64,000 nucleotides of DNA from a virus (IMGVR_UViG_3300038679_000051:224001-288000); one strand, 5' to 3'. Positions 29,758-40,223 are shown, counted from the first letter of the stretch. Numbers and translations are program-made. Notes: generated by a model not told the origin, from the letters alone.

Positions 29758-30116
29758 TGATCAAGATGATAGTTGCTGGCAGCAGGGCGTTCGTTGATTA
29801 TGGATTTCTTAAAAAACAATTAGATGAATTCCTTTCATGTTTGTCAGATTCAGACGTTACAATAATATCTGGAATGGCTAAGGGTGCGGACATACTTGCT
29901 GTTAGATATGCCGAGGAACATCATTTACCAATCATCAAAATGCCCGCTGATTGGATTAAACATGGCAGAAGTGCAGGATATAATAGAAATTTAGAAATGG
30001 CCAAAATTGCCACACATTTAGTGGCGTTTTGGAACGGCAAATCACGGGGCACGAAGCATATGATCGACATTGCCGTTTTAAAGGGGTTGACGACTAAAGT
30101 AATCATCGTACCCTGA
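29751..30116 (+). CDS. SLOG-superfamily protein (DUF2493/YspA-like)
   Basis: IVAGSR, IISGMAKGAD, PADW..HGRSAGYNRN, VAFWNGKSRGT..MI. Confidence 0.9.
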   Translation: MVMIKMIVAGSRAFVDYGFLKKQLDEFLSCLSDSDVTIISGMAKGADILAVRYAEEHHLPIIKMPADWIKHGRSAGYNRNLEMAKIATHLVAFWNGKSRGTKHMIDIAVLKGLTTKVIIVP

Positions 30117-30196
30117 TGTATGACGATGCGTGAAGCATAGGGATGTATTTAATGCTGGGGTGGGTATGCCTACGCTTCATTTGAAGAAAGGAGGAG

Positions 30197-30448
30197 ATGA
30201 TGAATGCTGTTGATGAAATACAGAAAAGAATAATTCTGACGAAAATTAGAAAGATGCTTGATGAAAAATTGAAGTTAGAAATAACTGAGATGACTGAGAC
30301 AAAGAAGATAGAACAGCAGATAAACCAAGCTGTAACGTTTTTTAGTGAGAAATATCCGCAAGTTGAATTTAAGGTTCAGACCGACACTGTCGATGGGAAA
30401 CTGCAATATACGATAGATATATGGTTAGAAACTGAGACGATCGATTAA
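30197..30448 (+). CDS. hypothetical protein
   Basis: GGAGGAG RBS; 83 aa. Confidence 0.6.
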   Translation: MMNAVDEIQKRIILTKIRKMLDEKLKLEITEMTETKKIEQQINQAVTFFSEKYPQVEFKVQTDTVDGKLQYTIDIWLETETID

Positions 30449-30990
30449 CGCACCCTGATGTGTTTTTTCAAACCTTCAGCAGTTGCGCCAGGCGTCAAGA
30501 CTAAGCTGATCGGCATCGTCCACCAATTTCCAACTTCTTCTACAGTGATGGTTTCGTCGGCCAATTCATCTTCATCGACGTCAGCTAATTCTTCATTTAA
30601 GAAATCAACAATGTTGCTCAATTCATTGTCGGTAAATTTCGTCATCTGAAAATTATGATCTTGCACTCGTATCCATCCCATATGATCCATCGCGTAATCA
30701 CGTGGGTCCGACCCGTCTTTCAACCATTCTATGGCTTCCTCATTTGCATCATTTTGACGCAACCATGCGATGGCCTCATCAGACAACGGTGTCATTATTT
30801 CCATTTGTGGTGCCGATGCATCCTCAAAAGCGCTGATACCTAAGGCCGCTTCAAATGCCGCCATAGCATGATTATAATCACCTATGTCGCCGTCGGCAAA
30901 CGTTGCCATGCCACTGTCGTCAATCCACCATTCGCCCCTCAACGACGATTCATTGAGAATGATTGGTTTGTATAATCTAGTGATCTTCAT
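30445..30990 (-). CDS. acidic hypothetical protein
   Basis: 181 aa; begins MKITRLYKPIILNES. Confidence 0.65.
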   Translation of the reverse strand: MKITRLYKPIILNESSLRGEWWIDDSGMATFADGDIGDYNHAMAAFEAALGISAFEDASAPQMEIMTPLSDEAIAWLRQNDANEEAIEWLKDGSDPRDYAMDHMGWIRVQDHNFQMTKFTDNELSNIVDFLNEELADVDEDELADETITVEEVGNWWTMPISLVLTPGATAEGLKKHIRVR

Positions 30991-31076
30991 ATGGTATTTT
31001 TTGTTCGTATTTTAATGATTTTTCGTCATTACAATTTCCGTCAAAGATATTACAGACCAGAATGGAGGATTTAAAC

Positions 31077-31601
31077 ATGCCAGGATTCACGATTCAGGGT
31101 GGTGAAAACGATGGTGGCCAAATAGTCAGCAATACGGTTGAAACCCGTAGAAATCACCGTTGGCGATGGACGTCAATGGGTAATGCCGTCCAGCCGGACG
31201 TTCTGATTTTGTTGCAGAAATGTCAGCGTCCGAAATTTACTAACGCTGAACCCGAATTGCATCACAATCAAGAAGTAGCCTATTTCATCGGCAAACAAAC
31301 ATGGGATCCGATTGAGATGGCATTCTACGATGCCGAACAACAACCAGATTGTTCAAGAGAAATCTGGAAATGGTTGAAGATTGGTAATTTACTCGATCAA
31401 GCAAACGTCAGCATACCGAAAACGTATAAGAAACGTGGACAGTTGGATATGGTGGATGGTAAAGGCAGCGAAACCGAAACGTGGTTCGTCCATGGTGCAT
31501 GGCCGAAAGAAGTCAGTTATTCTGAGAACGATTATACGAATACTGAAATTGCACTAATCACGGTAAGTCTGCGCTATGATCGTGCAGAAAAAACGAAATA
31601 A
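31077..31601 (+). CDS. tail tube protein, gp19-like
   Basis: RNHRWRW...CQRPK...VAYFIGKQTWDPIEMAFYD...WFVHGAWP...ITVSLRYD; GGAGG RBS. Confidence 0.9.
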   Translation: MPGFTIQGGENDGGQIVSNTVETRRNHRWRWTSMGNAVQPDVLILLQKCQRPKFTNAEPELHHNQEVAYFIGKQTWDPIEMAFYDAEQQPDCSREIWKWLKIGNLLDQANVSIPKTYKKRGQLDMVDGKGSETETWFVHGAWPKEVSYSENDYTNTEIALITVSLRYDRAEKTK

Positions 31602-31647
31602 TAATTCGTTTAATTAAATTCAGAAACATTCAACGTATTTTAATCAA

Positions 31648-33435
31648 ATGATCGATTGGAATAAAACTAAACAAAAATTTGGATTGACTGAATCTATCGT
31701 AACCAGTAAATCACTGGTCGTAGTAGTATGTGATGAATGTAAATCAGAACGAGTCATAAAATATGTTGGACATAAAACCATCATCAAAGCCCATGGTAAT
31801 TCATTGTGTTCGTCGTGTCGTAGTAAAAGCATAAGAGTGATTCACGCTGAGGCATTTACTAAATCAGATGTGAAACGAGCGGAGACGTTGTCTAGAACAT
31901 ATAAAAAGAAATGGCAGGATAAGAAATATAGGAAGACACAACATGAAATAAGGAATAATGATTATCGTTCTAAGATCAGTAATGCATCTAAACAATGTTG
32001 GCAAAATGATGATTATAGACATAAAGTTGTCCATGGAATTAATGAGAAATGGAATGATCAAGAATACCACCAAAAATTTATTGAAATAATGAACAGCGAT
32101 GAAGTAAAAAAGAAATTGATGGACAATTGGAAGAATCATAAATATCGTGATAAAGTTCTTGCTATATGGGATGATGAGGATGTTGTGAAAGAATTTGCAA
32201 AACGGATGAGTTTACATAGCAAACGAATGTGGTCCGATCCAGAATTGAGATCGAAGATGATTGCTTCACTGAAGAAGCGATGGGAGAGTCTAGAATTAAG
32301 AGAACATGCTTCAAACGTCAATAAAGAGATCTTTTCCACGCCAGAGATGAGAATAAAATTATCGAAGAATGCACAAGATAAGGCAGCTGATCCAGAATGG
32401 CATAAGAACGTATCGGATGGCGTGAAGAGAGCATTTGCCTCAGATCCAGATATGAAACAAAAAATGTCTAGTCGATCAAAGAAATTATGGCAGAATGAGG
32501 ATTATAGAGAGAAGATGGCTGTCGTACAAGCAAATCACCCAGTCATAAGTTCATTGGCACGTAAGTTTTATGCAATGTTGACGCAAATGAATATAAAATA
32601 TGTTGAGGAAGGTCCCGAAACAAAATTTGGTCCATGGACGTTTGATTGTCTAATACCGAAGCAAGGTAATATGCAAAAACATTTATTGGTTGAAGTTCAT
32701 GGTGAATATCCACATTCAAGAGAGGATACGAAAATAAGAGATGCAGCAAAGGCGACATATGCGAATAGATATTTGCTTGATTATGAATTAAAAGTCGTGT
32801 GGGAGCAATGGTTTCTATTTAGAAATAAAGTAGAGGATATGGTTAGAGAATGGATTGGGATTAAAGAGAATACGACGTTGGTTGATTTCTCACTGAATGA
32901 CGTTAAAACTATAGAATCATCTTACAAGGAATGTCTTGATTTTCTTTCTCGACATCATTATCTTTATACTTGTCCACGAGGATCAACATATTATAAGGCA
33001 GTCATTAACGATGAGATTGTGGCAGTTTGTTTATATAGTCCATTAATAAGACAAAACATTGGCATTAAAAATTGTCTTGAATTATCGCGTTTCTGCGTCC
33101 ATCCATCATACCAAAAGAAAAATTTTGCCTCTTGGTTAATTTCGAGGACTAATAGGTTATTGAAGATGGATAAACCGGAGACGGAAACAATAATAACATA
33201 TGCAGATTCTACAGTCGGTCACGTTGGTACGATTTATAAGGCGGCTAATTTTAAATTAGATCATATAGTTGAGCCTGATTATTGGTATGTTGATAAAGAC
33301 GGTTATGTCGTACATAAACGGACATTATATGCTCGTGCCTGTAAAATGAGTCAGAAGGAACGTGATTATGCAGAGAACCATGGTTATAAAAAAGTCTGGG
33401 GTGGTGAAAAACGACGTTATTCAATTAATTTGTGA
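31648..33435 (+). CDS. Zn finger + helical repeats + Vsr/DUF559-like endonuclease + Mom-like GNAT fusion
   Basis: CDEC..CSSC; repeated W.D..YR.K units; TFDCLIP...VEVHGEYPH...DAAK; RHHY...ELSRFCVHP...IITYAD..GHVGTIYKAANF. Confidence 0.8.
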   Translation: MIDWNKTKQKFGLTESIVTSKSLVVVVCDECKSERVIKYVGHKTIIKAHGNSLCSSCRSKSIRVIHAEAFTKSDVKRAETLSRTYKKKWQDKKYRKTQHEIRNNDYRSKISNASKQCWQNDDYRHKVVHGINEKWNDQEYHQKFIEIMNSDEVKKKLMDNWKNHKYRDKVLAIWDDEDVVKEFAKRMSLHSKRMWSDPELRSKMIASLKKRWESLELREHASNVNKEIFSTPEMRIKLSKNAQDKAADPEWHKNVSDGVKRAFASDPDMKQKMSSRSKKLWQNEDYREKMAVVQANHPVISSLARKFYAMLTQMNIKYVEEGPETKFGPWTFDCLIPKQGNMQKHLLVEVHGEYPHSREDTKIRDAAKATYANRYLLDYELKVVWEQWFLFRNKVEDMVREWIGIKENTTLVDFSLNDVKTIESSYKECLDFLSRHHYLYTCPRGSTYYKAVINDEIVAVCLYSPLIRQNIGIKNCLELSRFCVHPSYQKKNFASWLISRTNRLLKMDKPETETIITYADSTVGHVGTIYKAANFKLDHIVEPDYWYVDKDGYVVHKRTLYARACKMSQKERDYAENHGYKKVWGGEKRRYSINL

Positions 33436-33749
33436 ATGTATTGCTTATCTACCCGATTATAAAGCTTGAACCATCCAACAATAGAAGACATTTTCGCATC
33501 ATGCCCAAAAAGGAAACGCGTTATTTGATTCAATTCGCGTGCCACGAACCATTCCTGATCGAGTGGCCTTTTAATACTGGTTTTGGCATCCCATGGTATA
33601 TTTATTGTCACTTCCCATGACCAAGGTTTTCCTTCTGCGTCGTCTGATAATGCACGCAATCCTTCCGACCCTAGTGATCCTTCCGATCCTAGTGATCCAC
33701 GTGATCCGAATTGTTCTTGTTCATTCATTCCTTTGATTCTTTGATCCAT
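33417..33749 (-). CDS. hypothetical protein with GS(L/E/R) repeats
   Basis: GSRGSLGSEGSLGSEG from short DNA repeats at about 33661-33708. Confidence 0.5.
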   Translation of the reverse strand: MDQRIKGMNEQEQFGSRGSLGSEGSLGSEGLRALSDDAEGKPWSWEVTINIPWDAKTSIKRPLDQEWFVARELNQITRFLFGHDAKMSSIVGWFKLYNRVDKQYIHKLIE

Positions 33750-34429
33750 TTTTCTAATTCATTACACACCATGCTTACACCACCTGAACATTCGTGTACT
33801 TTGCTGTTACGGTTTTTGGCTATGTTTTTTATGGCATTATAAGTCGAATGATCAATGAAACTAGTGAGAATGAATATTTCGCCCCATGGAAACGGTGATG
33901 GTATGCCACTTTTATTACCTGAATCATAAAATTTCAGATCGATGTCTGGAAATCGTTGTTTGATTTCGTTTTCTTGATTGTTTTTGACGCCGAAGATGAT
34001 TGCTTTCAGCCTCTTCGTGGCGTATGCTTCTGGGATTTTTTCGCCTAATTTCCCTGCGGCATTAAACATCATTCTAGTGCAGGCTGTCATCATGTCGATG
34101 TTAGTCATTAAACGGCGGACGAATGCGACGGCCAGTTGTTCTATAGTCATTTCTGCTAATAAATCATCTGTGGTCTTTTGTGGCGGCAATTCTTGTTTTA
34201 TGACGCGGAAACCGTCTTCTAATTCTTTGACATGTTCCTGCCAGCGCTCGACCAACCAACCGATTTGCGAGACGGCAGTTACCTTGCGACGACGGTCTGC
34301 CGGTATTTGTTGTTGTGCGCGTTCGAGCTGTGAATTTAACGTTTCATGTGGATTCTTTTTGTGCATGTTAATGACGATAGATGCGAGTTTGTCTTTTTCT
34401 TCGTCTGACCAAAAGATGCGATCTTTCAT
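33725..34429 (-). CDS. hypothetical protein
   Basis: 234 aa; GAAGAGGG RBS-like upstream. Confidence 0.65.
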   Translation of the reverse strand: MKDRIFWSDEEKDKLASIVINMHKKNPHETLNSQLERAQQQIPADRRRKVTAVSQIGWLVERWQEHVKELEDGFRVIKQELPPQKTTDDLLAEMTIEQLAVAFVRRLMTNIDMMTACTRMMFNAAGKLGEKIPEAYATKRLKAIIFGVKNNQENEIKQRFPDIDLKFYDSGNKSGIPSPFPWGEIFILTSFIDHSTYNAIKNIAKNRNSKVHECSGGVSMVCNELEKWIKESKE

Positions 34430-34538
34430 TTTTCACCCCTCTTCTCACGGTTTCTGCTGCATTTTTATTGTGGTGGATTCTTTCGTAAATGATTTTGTGA
34501 TGACATTCTCTGTAAATATAATTTTGGAGAAAACAAAC

Positions 34539-35054
34539 ATGCCGGGTTTTATGATAGAAGGTAAAGGTCAAGGTCCATCAAATGAATTGGGTGGATCAGA
34601 CGTCCATCGCATCCATAGGTGGTCGTTCGAATGGACGGGTCTTGGTAAAGAGGTTCAGGATTATGCTCTAAATTGCACTAGGCCGACGTTAGATATAGAC
34701 ACAGTGACGATCCATCAACGACAAAATGAGGCATATTTGCCTGGTAAACATAGATGGGCACCAATTAGGTTGACGTTATATGTGATGCAGAAGGATACGC
34801 TACAGAAATTGAAGCAATTGCGTGACAAAACAGTTACTACAAATGAAGGAATGAATAATTATGCAATGGAGAGAAATTCCGTATCACAAATGACTTTGCA
34901 GGCATTAAATGGTGAAGGACAGGTTATATATAAATGGATACTCGAAGGATGTTGGATATCTAAAATTGAACATCCTACGTTTAATTATGATAACAGTGAT
35001 CTGGCGACCGTCGAAGTGATGGTGGCATATGATTACGCAAAGGAAGAAGAATAG
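34539..35054 (+). CDS. tail-tube-like protein (gp19/gp54-like paralog)
   Basis: MPGF start, RIHRWSF, CTRPTL, YLPGKHRWAPI, WILEGCW, VAYD. Confidence 0.85.
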   Translation: MPGFMIEGKGQGPSNELGGSDVHRIHRWSFEWTGLGKEVQDYALNCTRPTLDIDTVTIHQRQNEAYLPGKHRWAPIRLTLYVMQKDTLQKLKQLRDKTVTTNEGMNNYAMERNSVSQMTLQALNGEGQVIYKWILEGCWISKIEHPTFNYDNSDLATVEVMVAYDYAKEEE

Positions 35055-35066
35055 GGGGACTTAGGG

Positions 35067-35549
35067 ATGCCAGGATTTTATGTTGAAAAGGCGAGAAGTG
35101 ATGTAGAGAAAACGTTCCTGCAGCATTTCTGGTACGCGGAACAAATTGGTCCATTGAACGTCCAAGGATTGTTGCTACAAGATGTCGGTTTGCCCAACTT
35201 TGAAACTGCGCCACATGAACAGAATGGTGCATCATTAACGTATAAGTTCGCAAATTTCATTAAATATTCTGACGCTACCATTACGTTCTATGATACGTTG
35301 GGCTTGTTCAAAGATTTAGAAGAATGGCGGAAGAAAATATGGGAACCAAACACCGGATTGCAGCCAAAGAAATCTTATGCTAAGGATACCGTCATAGTGC
35401 AAACTGATGGGGCTGGCAACGAAAAACAGAAATACAAATTAGTCAATACATGGCCGTCTAAAATAGATTCTGGACAACTTACATACACCAAAAGTGAGGC
35501 AAAGGTAGTAACTCTCACTCTGGTGTGTGATTATATGACGGTCGAATGA
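35067..35549 (+). CDS. tail-tube-like protein (third paralog)
   Basis: MPGF start, VGLPNF, YKFA..IKYSDATITFYD, YKLVNTWP, LVCDY. Confidence 0.8.
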   Translation: MPGFYVEKARSDVEKTFLQHFWYAEQIGPLNVQGLLLQDVGLPNFETAPHEQNGASLTYKFANFIKYSDATITFYDTLGLFKDLEEWRKKIWEPNTGLQPKKSYAKDTVIVQTDGAGNEKQKYKLVNTWPSKIDSGQLTYTKSEAKVVTLTLVCDYMTVE

Positions 35550-35588
35550 TAATTTCATAAGTAAATATTATCAAAGGAGATCGATCAC

Positions 35589-36581
35589 ATGACCGACAAA
35601 AAAGAAGATAACGTGGCTGACAAGAAGGATAACGTCCATAATGCCGAATCATTTGAATTTGATAAGGTCATTAAGAAAGTAGACGCTACTAATTTAACGT
35701 CCGACAAGTTATTCGAAGAAATATTGAAGTCGGATGATACGTTGCCATGGTGCAATGCTTATCTCCCGTCTCGTGGAATGTTCTATAGTCCAGATAGTCC
35801 TGTGCCGACACCACTCATTCCGGATGGTTTAGTACAAATTCGTCCGATGGGTTTGGATATTGAAAAATTGACGTCGACGCCGAGATATCAGGGTAAATTC
35901 GTAGAATTAATGATCGAAAAATGTGTCAGGTTTCCAGACGGTTTTAACCAAGCTGATTTGTTGGTCGGTGATCGTCTGTTTTTGTTATTCTACATTCGTG
36001 GCATAACCTATGGCAATAAATATCAGTTTGCGCTCAAATGTCCCGGTTGCGACAAAACTGGCATACATGATTATGATTTAAATGAATTGGCAAGAACGAT
36101 TAAGTCGGCAGATCCCGACATCGTTAGTGAACCATTTAAAATCAAATTGCCATATTTGTCTGAGAAATATGGTAAAGACGTTATGGTGAAGGCTAGATTC
36201 ATGCGTGGTCGCGATCAGAACGTCATGTCGCAACGAGCATCCTTCAAAAAGAAGGTAATGACGATTAAACCAAAATTGGCGTCAGACAAACCAAATGACG
36301 AGCAAGTTGACGTGACTGATGAGAGCGTCATTGAAAAGTTCTGTTTGTTGATTACGGAAGTGTTGGGCGTTTCTGATCCATATAAGATCAAGCAATTCGT
36401 AGAGAGCAAACTTCATTCATTAGACGCAGCGGCAATTAACGTTTATCTTGAGGAAAAATGCCCCAGCATGAGTGCGGAAATTCGCGTGACGTGTGGCAAT
36501 TGTGGTCAGGAAGTTGATACTACGCTGCCAATAACCGCTAGATTTTTTCGACCGCAGGTCCCCGGAGGAGATGGAGCATGA
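35589..36581 (+). CDS. baseplate hub assembly / tail chaperone, gp26-like
   Basis: LPSRGMFY, IRPM..D.EK, LLVGDRLFLLFYIRG, CPGC and CGNC Zn motifs, FFRP end. Confidence 0.75.
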   Translation: MTDKKEDNVADKKDNVHNAESFEFDKVIKKVDATNLTSDKLFEEILKSDDTLPWCNAYLPSRGMFYSPDSPVPTPLIPDGLVQIRPMGLDIEKLTSTPRYQGKFVELMIEKCVRFPDGFNQADLLVGDRLFLLFYIRGITYGNKYQFALKCPGCDKTGIHDYDLNELARTIKSADPDIVSEPFKIKLPYLSEKYGKDVMVKARFMRGRDQNVMSQRASFKKKVMTIKPKLASDKPNDEQVDVTDESVIEKFCLLITEVLGVSDPYKIKQFVESKLHSLDAAAINVYLEEKCPSMSAEIRVTCGNCGQEVDTTLPITARFFRPQVPGGDGA

Positions 36582-36744
36582 GTGGGAAAGTCTAATGGAG
36601 CAGACGTTTCTGCTCATATATTATGGACATATGAATTTATCTGATATAAGGAAATTGACGGCTGAAGAACGCATATGGTATATCAAAAGAATAGACAAGG
36701 AGAAACAAGCCGAAGCTAATGCATATAAAGGAAACAAAAAATGA
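36571..36744 (+). CDS. baseplate hub assembly catalyst, gp51-like (57 aa, below track cut-off)
   Basis: MEHEWESLMEQTFLLIYYGHMNLSDIRKLTAEERIWYIKRI; GGAGGAG RBS; follows gp26-like gene. Confidence 0.65.
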   Translation: MEHEWESLMEQTFLLIYYGHMNLSDIRKLTAEERIWYIKRIDKEKQAEANAYKGNKK

Positions 36745-37844
36745 GGATAGGCGTTTATGCTATATGTAAGAACGAAGCGTCATTGATTAAAAGGTGTGTA
36801 GACTCAATAAATGAGGCAGATGACATTACGTTTCTAGATACTGGATCAACCGACGACACAAAAGAGAAATTAAAAGAATGTGGTGTGAACGTTTATGATG
36901 AATTGGCGACGTTTGGAGAACAACCACCTAATCGGATTCCGAGCATTAAATGGCGATATGACGTCGCTCGAAACAGAGCACTACAAATGGTCCCCAAAGA
37001 CATTGACGTGTGTCTAAGCTTAGATGTCGACGAGATATGTGCCCCTGGTTGGCGTAAGGCAATAGAGGAATGTTGGAAACCAGGCACCACCAGGCTTAGA
37101 TATAAATATGTGTGGAGCCATTCGCAGGATGGCTCCCCAGATGTAATGTTTATGTCAGAGAAAATCCATTCCAGATATGATTATGTTTGGTGCCATCCGG
37201 TACATGAGGTGCTACATTATGTTGGACCCGCAGAAGAGAAATTTGCACAATGTGCATGTCGGATCGATCATTGGCCGGTTAAGAAAGATTATAGATCTAA
37301 CTATCTGCCATTAATGGAATTGGGTGTCATGGAACGTCCAGATGACGTCAGATTGGCACATTATTTAGGTAGAGAATATTATTTTCATAAGAAATATGAT
37401 GAGGCAATAATTGAATTAAAGCGGCATTTATCATTACCTAATGCATGGTGGGAGGCAGAACGAGCATCATCGATGAGATACATTGCTCTGTGTCACAAAG
37501 CTAGAAACGAACGGCACGAGGAATGTCGATGGTTGATGAGAGCATGCGCAGAAGCACCAAATGAAAGAGATTCATGGGCTGCATTGTCAAATCATTATAC
37601 TATACACAAAAATTGGTCTGGGGGTTATTTCGCCGCTCTTCAGGCATTAAGCATCAAAGAACGTCCAATGCATTACATAACCAGTGCTCTCGTGTGGGGG
37701 ATGTTTGTACATGACTTGGCTGGGACTAATGCTTATTATTTGGATCTAAAAGCGGAATCCAAAAAACATTATGAAGATGCATTAAATTTCGATCCAAACA
37801 ACGAACGACTGAAGAATAATCTGAGAATAATCGGCAAAATATAA
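36741..37844 (+). CDS. GT2 glycosyltransferase with C-terminal TPR-like helices
   Basis: YAICKNE, FLDTGSTDDT, ARNRAL, LDVDE, HPVHE, YLGREY. Confidence 0.9.
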   Translation: MRIGVYAICKNEASLIKRCVDSINEADDITFLDTGSTDDTKEKLKECGVNVYDELATFGEQPPNRIPSIKWRYDVARNRALQMVPKDIDVCLSLDVDEICAPGWRKAIEECWKPGTTRLRYKYVWSHSQDGSPDVMFMSEKIHSRYDYVWCHPVHEVLHYVGPAEEKFAQCACRIDHWPVKKDYRSNYLPLMELGVMERPDDVRLAHYLGREYYFHKKYDEAIIELKRHLSLPNAWWEAERASSMRYIALCHKARNERHEECRWLMRACAEAPNERDSWAALSNHYTIHKNWSGGYFAALQALSIKERPMHYITSALVWGMFVHDLAGTNAYYLDLKAESKKHYEDALNFDPNNERLKNNLRIIGKI

Positions 37845-37882
37845 AATATAGCGGAGATTTTCTTTGCTAATGAGGACATGTC

Positions 37883-40213
37883 ATGGCCATTAAATTCTAT
37901 TGTGTAGATGATTCATTACCAAAGAGAAATAGAAGGGGCAATGTCGTATTATTGTCTGACGAGGCAGTGGCTGCGATCATATGTGAATTGTGTGGTGGCA
38001 CTGGTGGCGGTGGCGGGTCGCAGGGACCACAGGGAACGCAGGGCATTAATGGCGTACAAGGTGAAACTGGCTCCCAAGGTCCACAGGGTTCCGGTGCTGG
38101 TTCACAAGGTCCACAGGGCATTCAAGGCCCACAAGGTTTTGGTACACAGGGCGTAAGCGGACCACAAGGTGATCAGGGCATCCAAGGCCCACAAGGTTCT
38201 GGCACACAGGGCGTAAGCGGATCACAAGGCGATGATGGTGCTCAGGGCATTCAGGGTCCACAAGGCTCAGGCGAGGGTGGCACAGGACCACAGGGTCCAC
38301 AAGGCGTTCAAGGCCCACAAGCAGTGGCAAGCGCTGGTGATTCTTGTGGCGTTTATCATTCTAAATCAGTGAACATACCAAACAATGCAGTTACGTATGT
38401 TGACTGGGATTCAGAAGACCATGATGCCAATGACATGCATGATTTGGTCAATCCATCTAGGATAACAATTAAGCATGATGGGTTGTATCATATAATCAAT
38501 AGGATCAAGTTTGATGCAGATGCTAATGGTTTTAGATATGCTGAGATTATATTAAATCGTACGACCGTATTAGCTCGTACAGAAGATATAAATCCATCGG
38601 ACATAGAAGGCACTTATTTAGAAGTGGATTCTGGCGTCATATCATTGTCGCTAGATGATTATGTTGAAGTCAGGGTTTATCAAAGTTCTGGCGGTGCATT
38701 GGGTGTTATGAGTGGCAATGTCGTTGATGGTTATTTCTCGGTGACGGAAATGTTGGGTGTTGGACCACAAGGATCGCAGGGTAGTGGTACTCAAGGCCCG
38801 CAGGGCGTTCAGGGTCCGCAGGGCGTTCAGGGTCCGCAGGGCGTTCAGGGTCCACAAAATACGATAGATCCAGGCGATTCTTGTGGCGTTTATCGTTCAG
38901 CATTAATAAGCACATTGCATAATACGATCACATATGTTGATTGGGATTCAGAAGATCATGATACCAATGACATGCATGATTTGGTCAATCCATCTAGGAT
39001 CACAATTAAACGTGATGGATTATATCACATAACTAATAGAATTAAATTCGCACCAAACACGAATGGTTTTAGATATGCTGAGATTATATTAAATCGTACG
39101 ACCGTATTAGCTCGCACGGAAGACATAAATCCATCGGACATAGAAGATTCTTATTTAGAAGTTGATTCTGGCGTCATATCATTGTCGCTAGATGATTATG
39201 TTGAAGTCAGGATTTATCAAAGTTCTGGCGGTGCATTGGATGCCGCAGGGAGTAATGTCGTTGATGGTTATTTCTCGGTGACGGAAATGTTGGGTGTCGG
39301 ACCACAAGGCCCACAGTGTTCAGGTGGTGGTGTGACTGGTCCACAAGGACCACAGGGTCCAGCCGGTGTCCAATCCACATACACAAATGCCAACCCATCC
39401 GTCATTGAGGTTGGTGGGATTGATGTCGGTACGACATTTTCTAACACCACTTTCGAAGATTTTATGGACATGTTACTTTACCCAGAATTATTCCCTACTC
39501 TAACTGCACCATCTTCTACTTTTACTTCAACAATTACTGGTTATAGAGAAATTGGTGAGGTGATTGCGACCATAACGCTTGCTTCAACATTTAACCGTGG
39601 TAGCATCAATCCCCAATATGAAAGCACTAGTCCCTATCGGAGTGGTGAGGCTAATTCTCATCAGTATCAATATAATAGTGCTGATATCAAAACCAATTTA
39701 GATACGTCTTTGAACATTATTAATCATTTGGTTGTGTCGGGTGCTCAAACATGGCGTGGACGTGTGTCGTATGATGCGGGCGTCCAGCCAAAGGGCAGTA
39801 AGGGGACGAATTATAATTCACCATTAAGTGCAGGTTCGACTTCTTATATAAATCGCATTATCACGGGTGTCTATCCCTATTTTGCGACAACTAGTTTAAT
39901 CACTGTGCTAACGAAACAGACATTGGCTGCCATGAATAGTTCATATGTACAGACTGATATGGTTGCTGAATCTGGTTCAGATAAACAGACGGTTGAATTT
40001 CCGGACGCTTGGAGTGCAATAACTGGCATTCAATTTTATAATACTGTTAGTAGTACCTGGGAATGGATCAATGGTAGTAAAGCTAATAGTCTGATTACTT
40101 TTACAGTAACTGCAACCACTGAGACGATACAGGGCAATGTCATCGACTATCAAAAATTTACTCATAATGGTAGTTTGATTGGTGCTCGACAATTGAGATG
40201 GTACACTACTTAA
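37883..40213 (+). CDS. collagen-like tail fibre/appendage protein with duplicated globular domain
   Basis: GPQ/GXQ triplets flanking two ~145-aa near-identical domains (C1q/TNF-like beta sandwich pattern). Confidence 0.85.
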   Translation: MAIKFYCVDDSLPKRNRRGNVVLLSDEAVAAIICELCGGTGGGGGSQGPQGTQGINGVQGETGSQGPQGSGAGSQGPQGIQGPQGFGTQGVSGPQGDQGIQGPQGSGTQGVSGSQGDDGAQGIQGPQGSGEGGTGPQGPQGVQGPQAVASAGDSCGVYHSKSVNIPNNAVTYVDWDSEDHDANDMHDLVNPSRITIKHDGLYHIINRIKFDADANGFRYAEIILNRTTVLARTEDINPSDIEGTYLEVDSGVISLSLDDYVEVRVYQSSGGALGVMSGNVVDGYFSVTEMLGVGPQGSQGSGTQGPQGVQGPQGVQGPQGVQGPQNTIDPGDSCGVYRSALISTLHNTITYVDWDSEDHDTNDMHDLVNPSRITIKRDGLYHITNRIKFAPNTNGFRYAEIILNRTTVLARTEDINPSDIEDSYLEVDSGVISLSLDDYVEVRIYQSSGGALDAAGSNVVDGYFSVTEMLGVGPQGPQCSGGGVTGPQGPQGPAGVQSTYTNANPSVIEVGGIDVGTTFSNTTFEDFMDMLLYPELFPTLTAPSSTFTSTITGYREIGEVIATITLASTFNRGSINPQYESTSPYRSGEANSHQYQYNSADIKTNLDTSLNIINHLVVSGAQTWRGRVSYDAGVQPKGSKGTNYNSPLSAGSTSYINRIITGVYPYFATTSLITVLTKQTLAAMNSSYVQTDMVAESGSDKQTVEFPDAWSAITGIQFYNTVSSTWEWINGSKANSLITFTVTATTETIQGNVIDYQKFTHNGSLIGARQLRWYTT

Positions 40214-40223
40214 GGGACTATAA

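Noticed and set aside
33978-34538. N-terminal extension of the 358-aa ORF in the track
   Set aside because: Antisense shadow of 33725..34429; the tube-like protein starts at MPGF 34539 after a GGAG RBS
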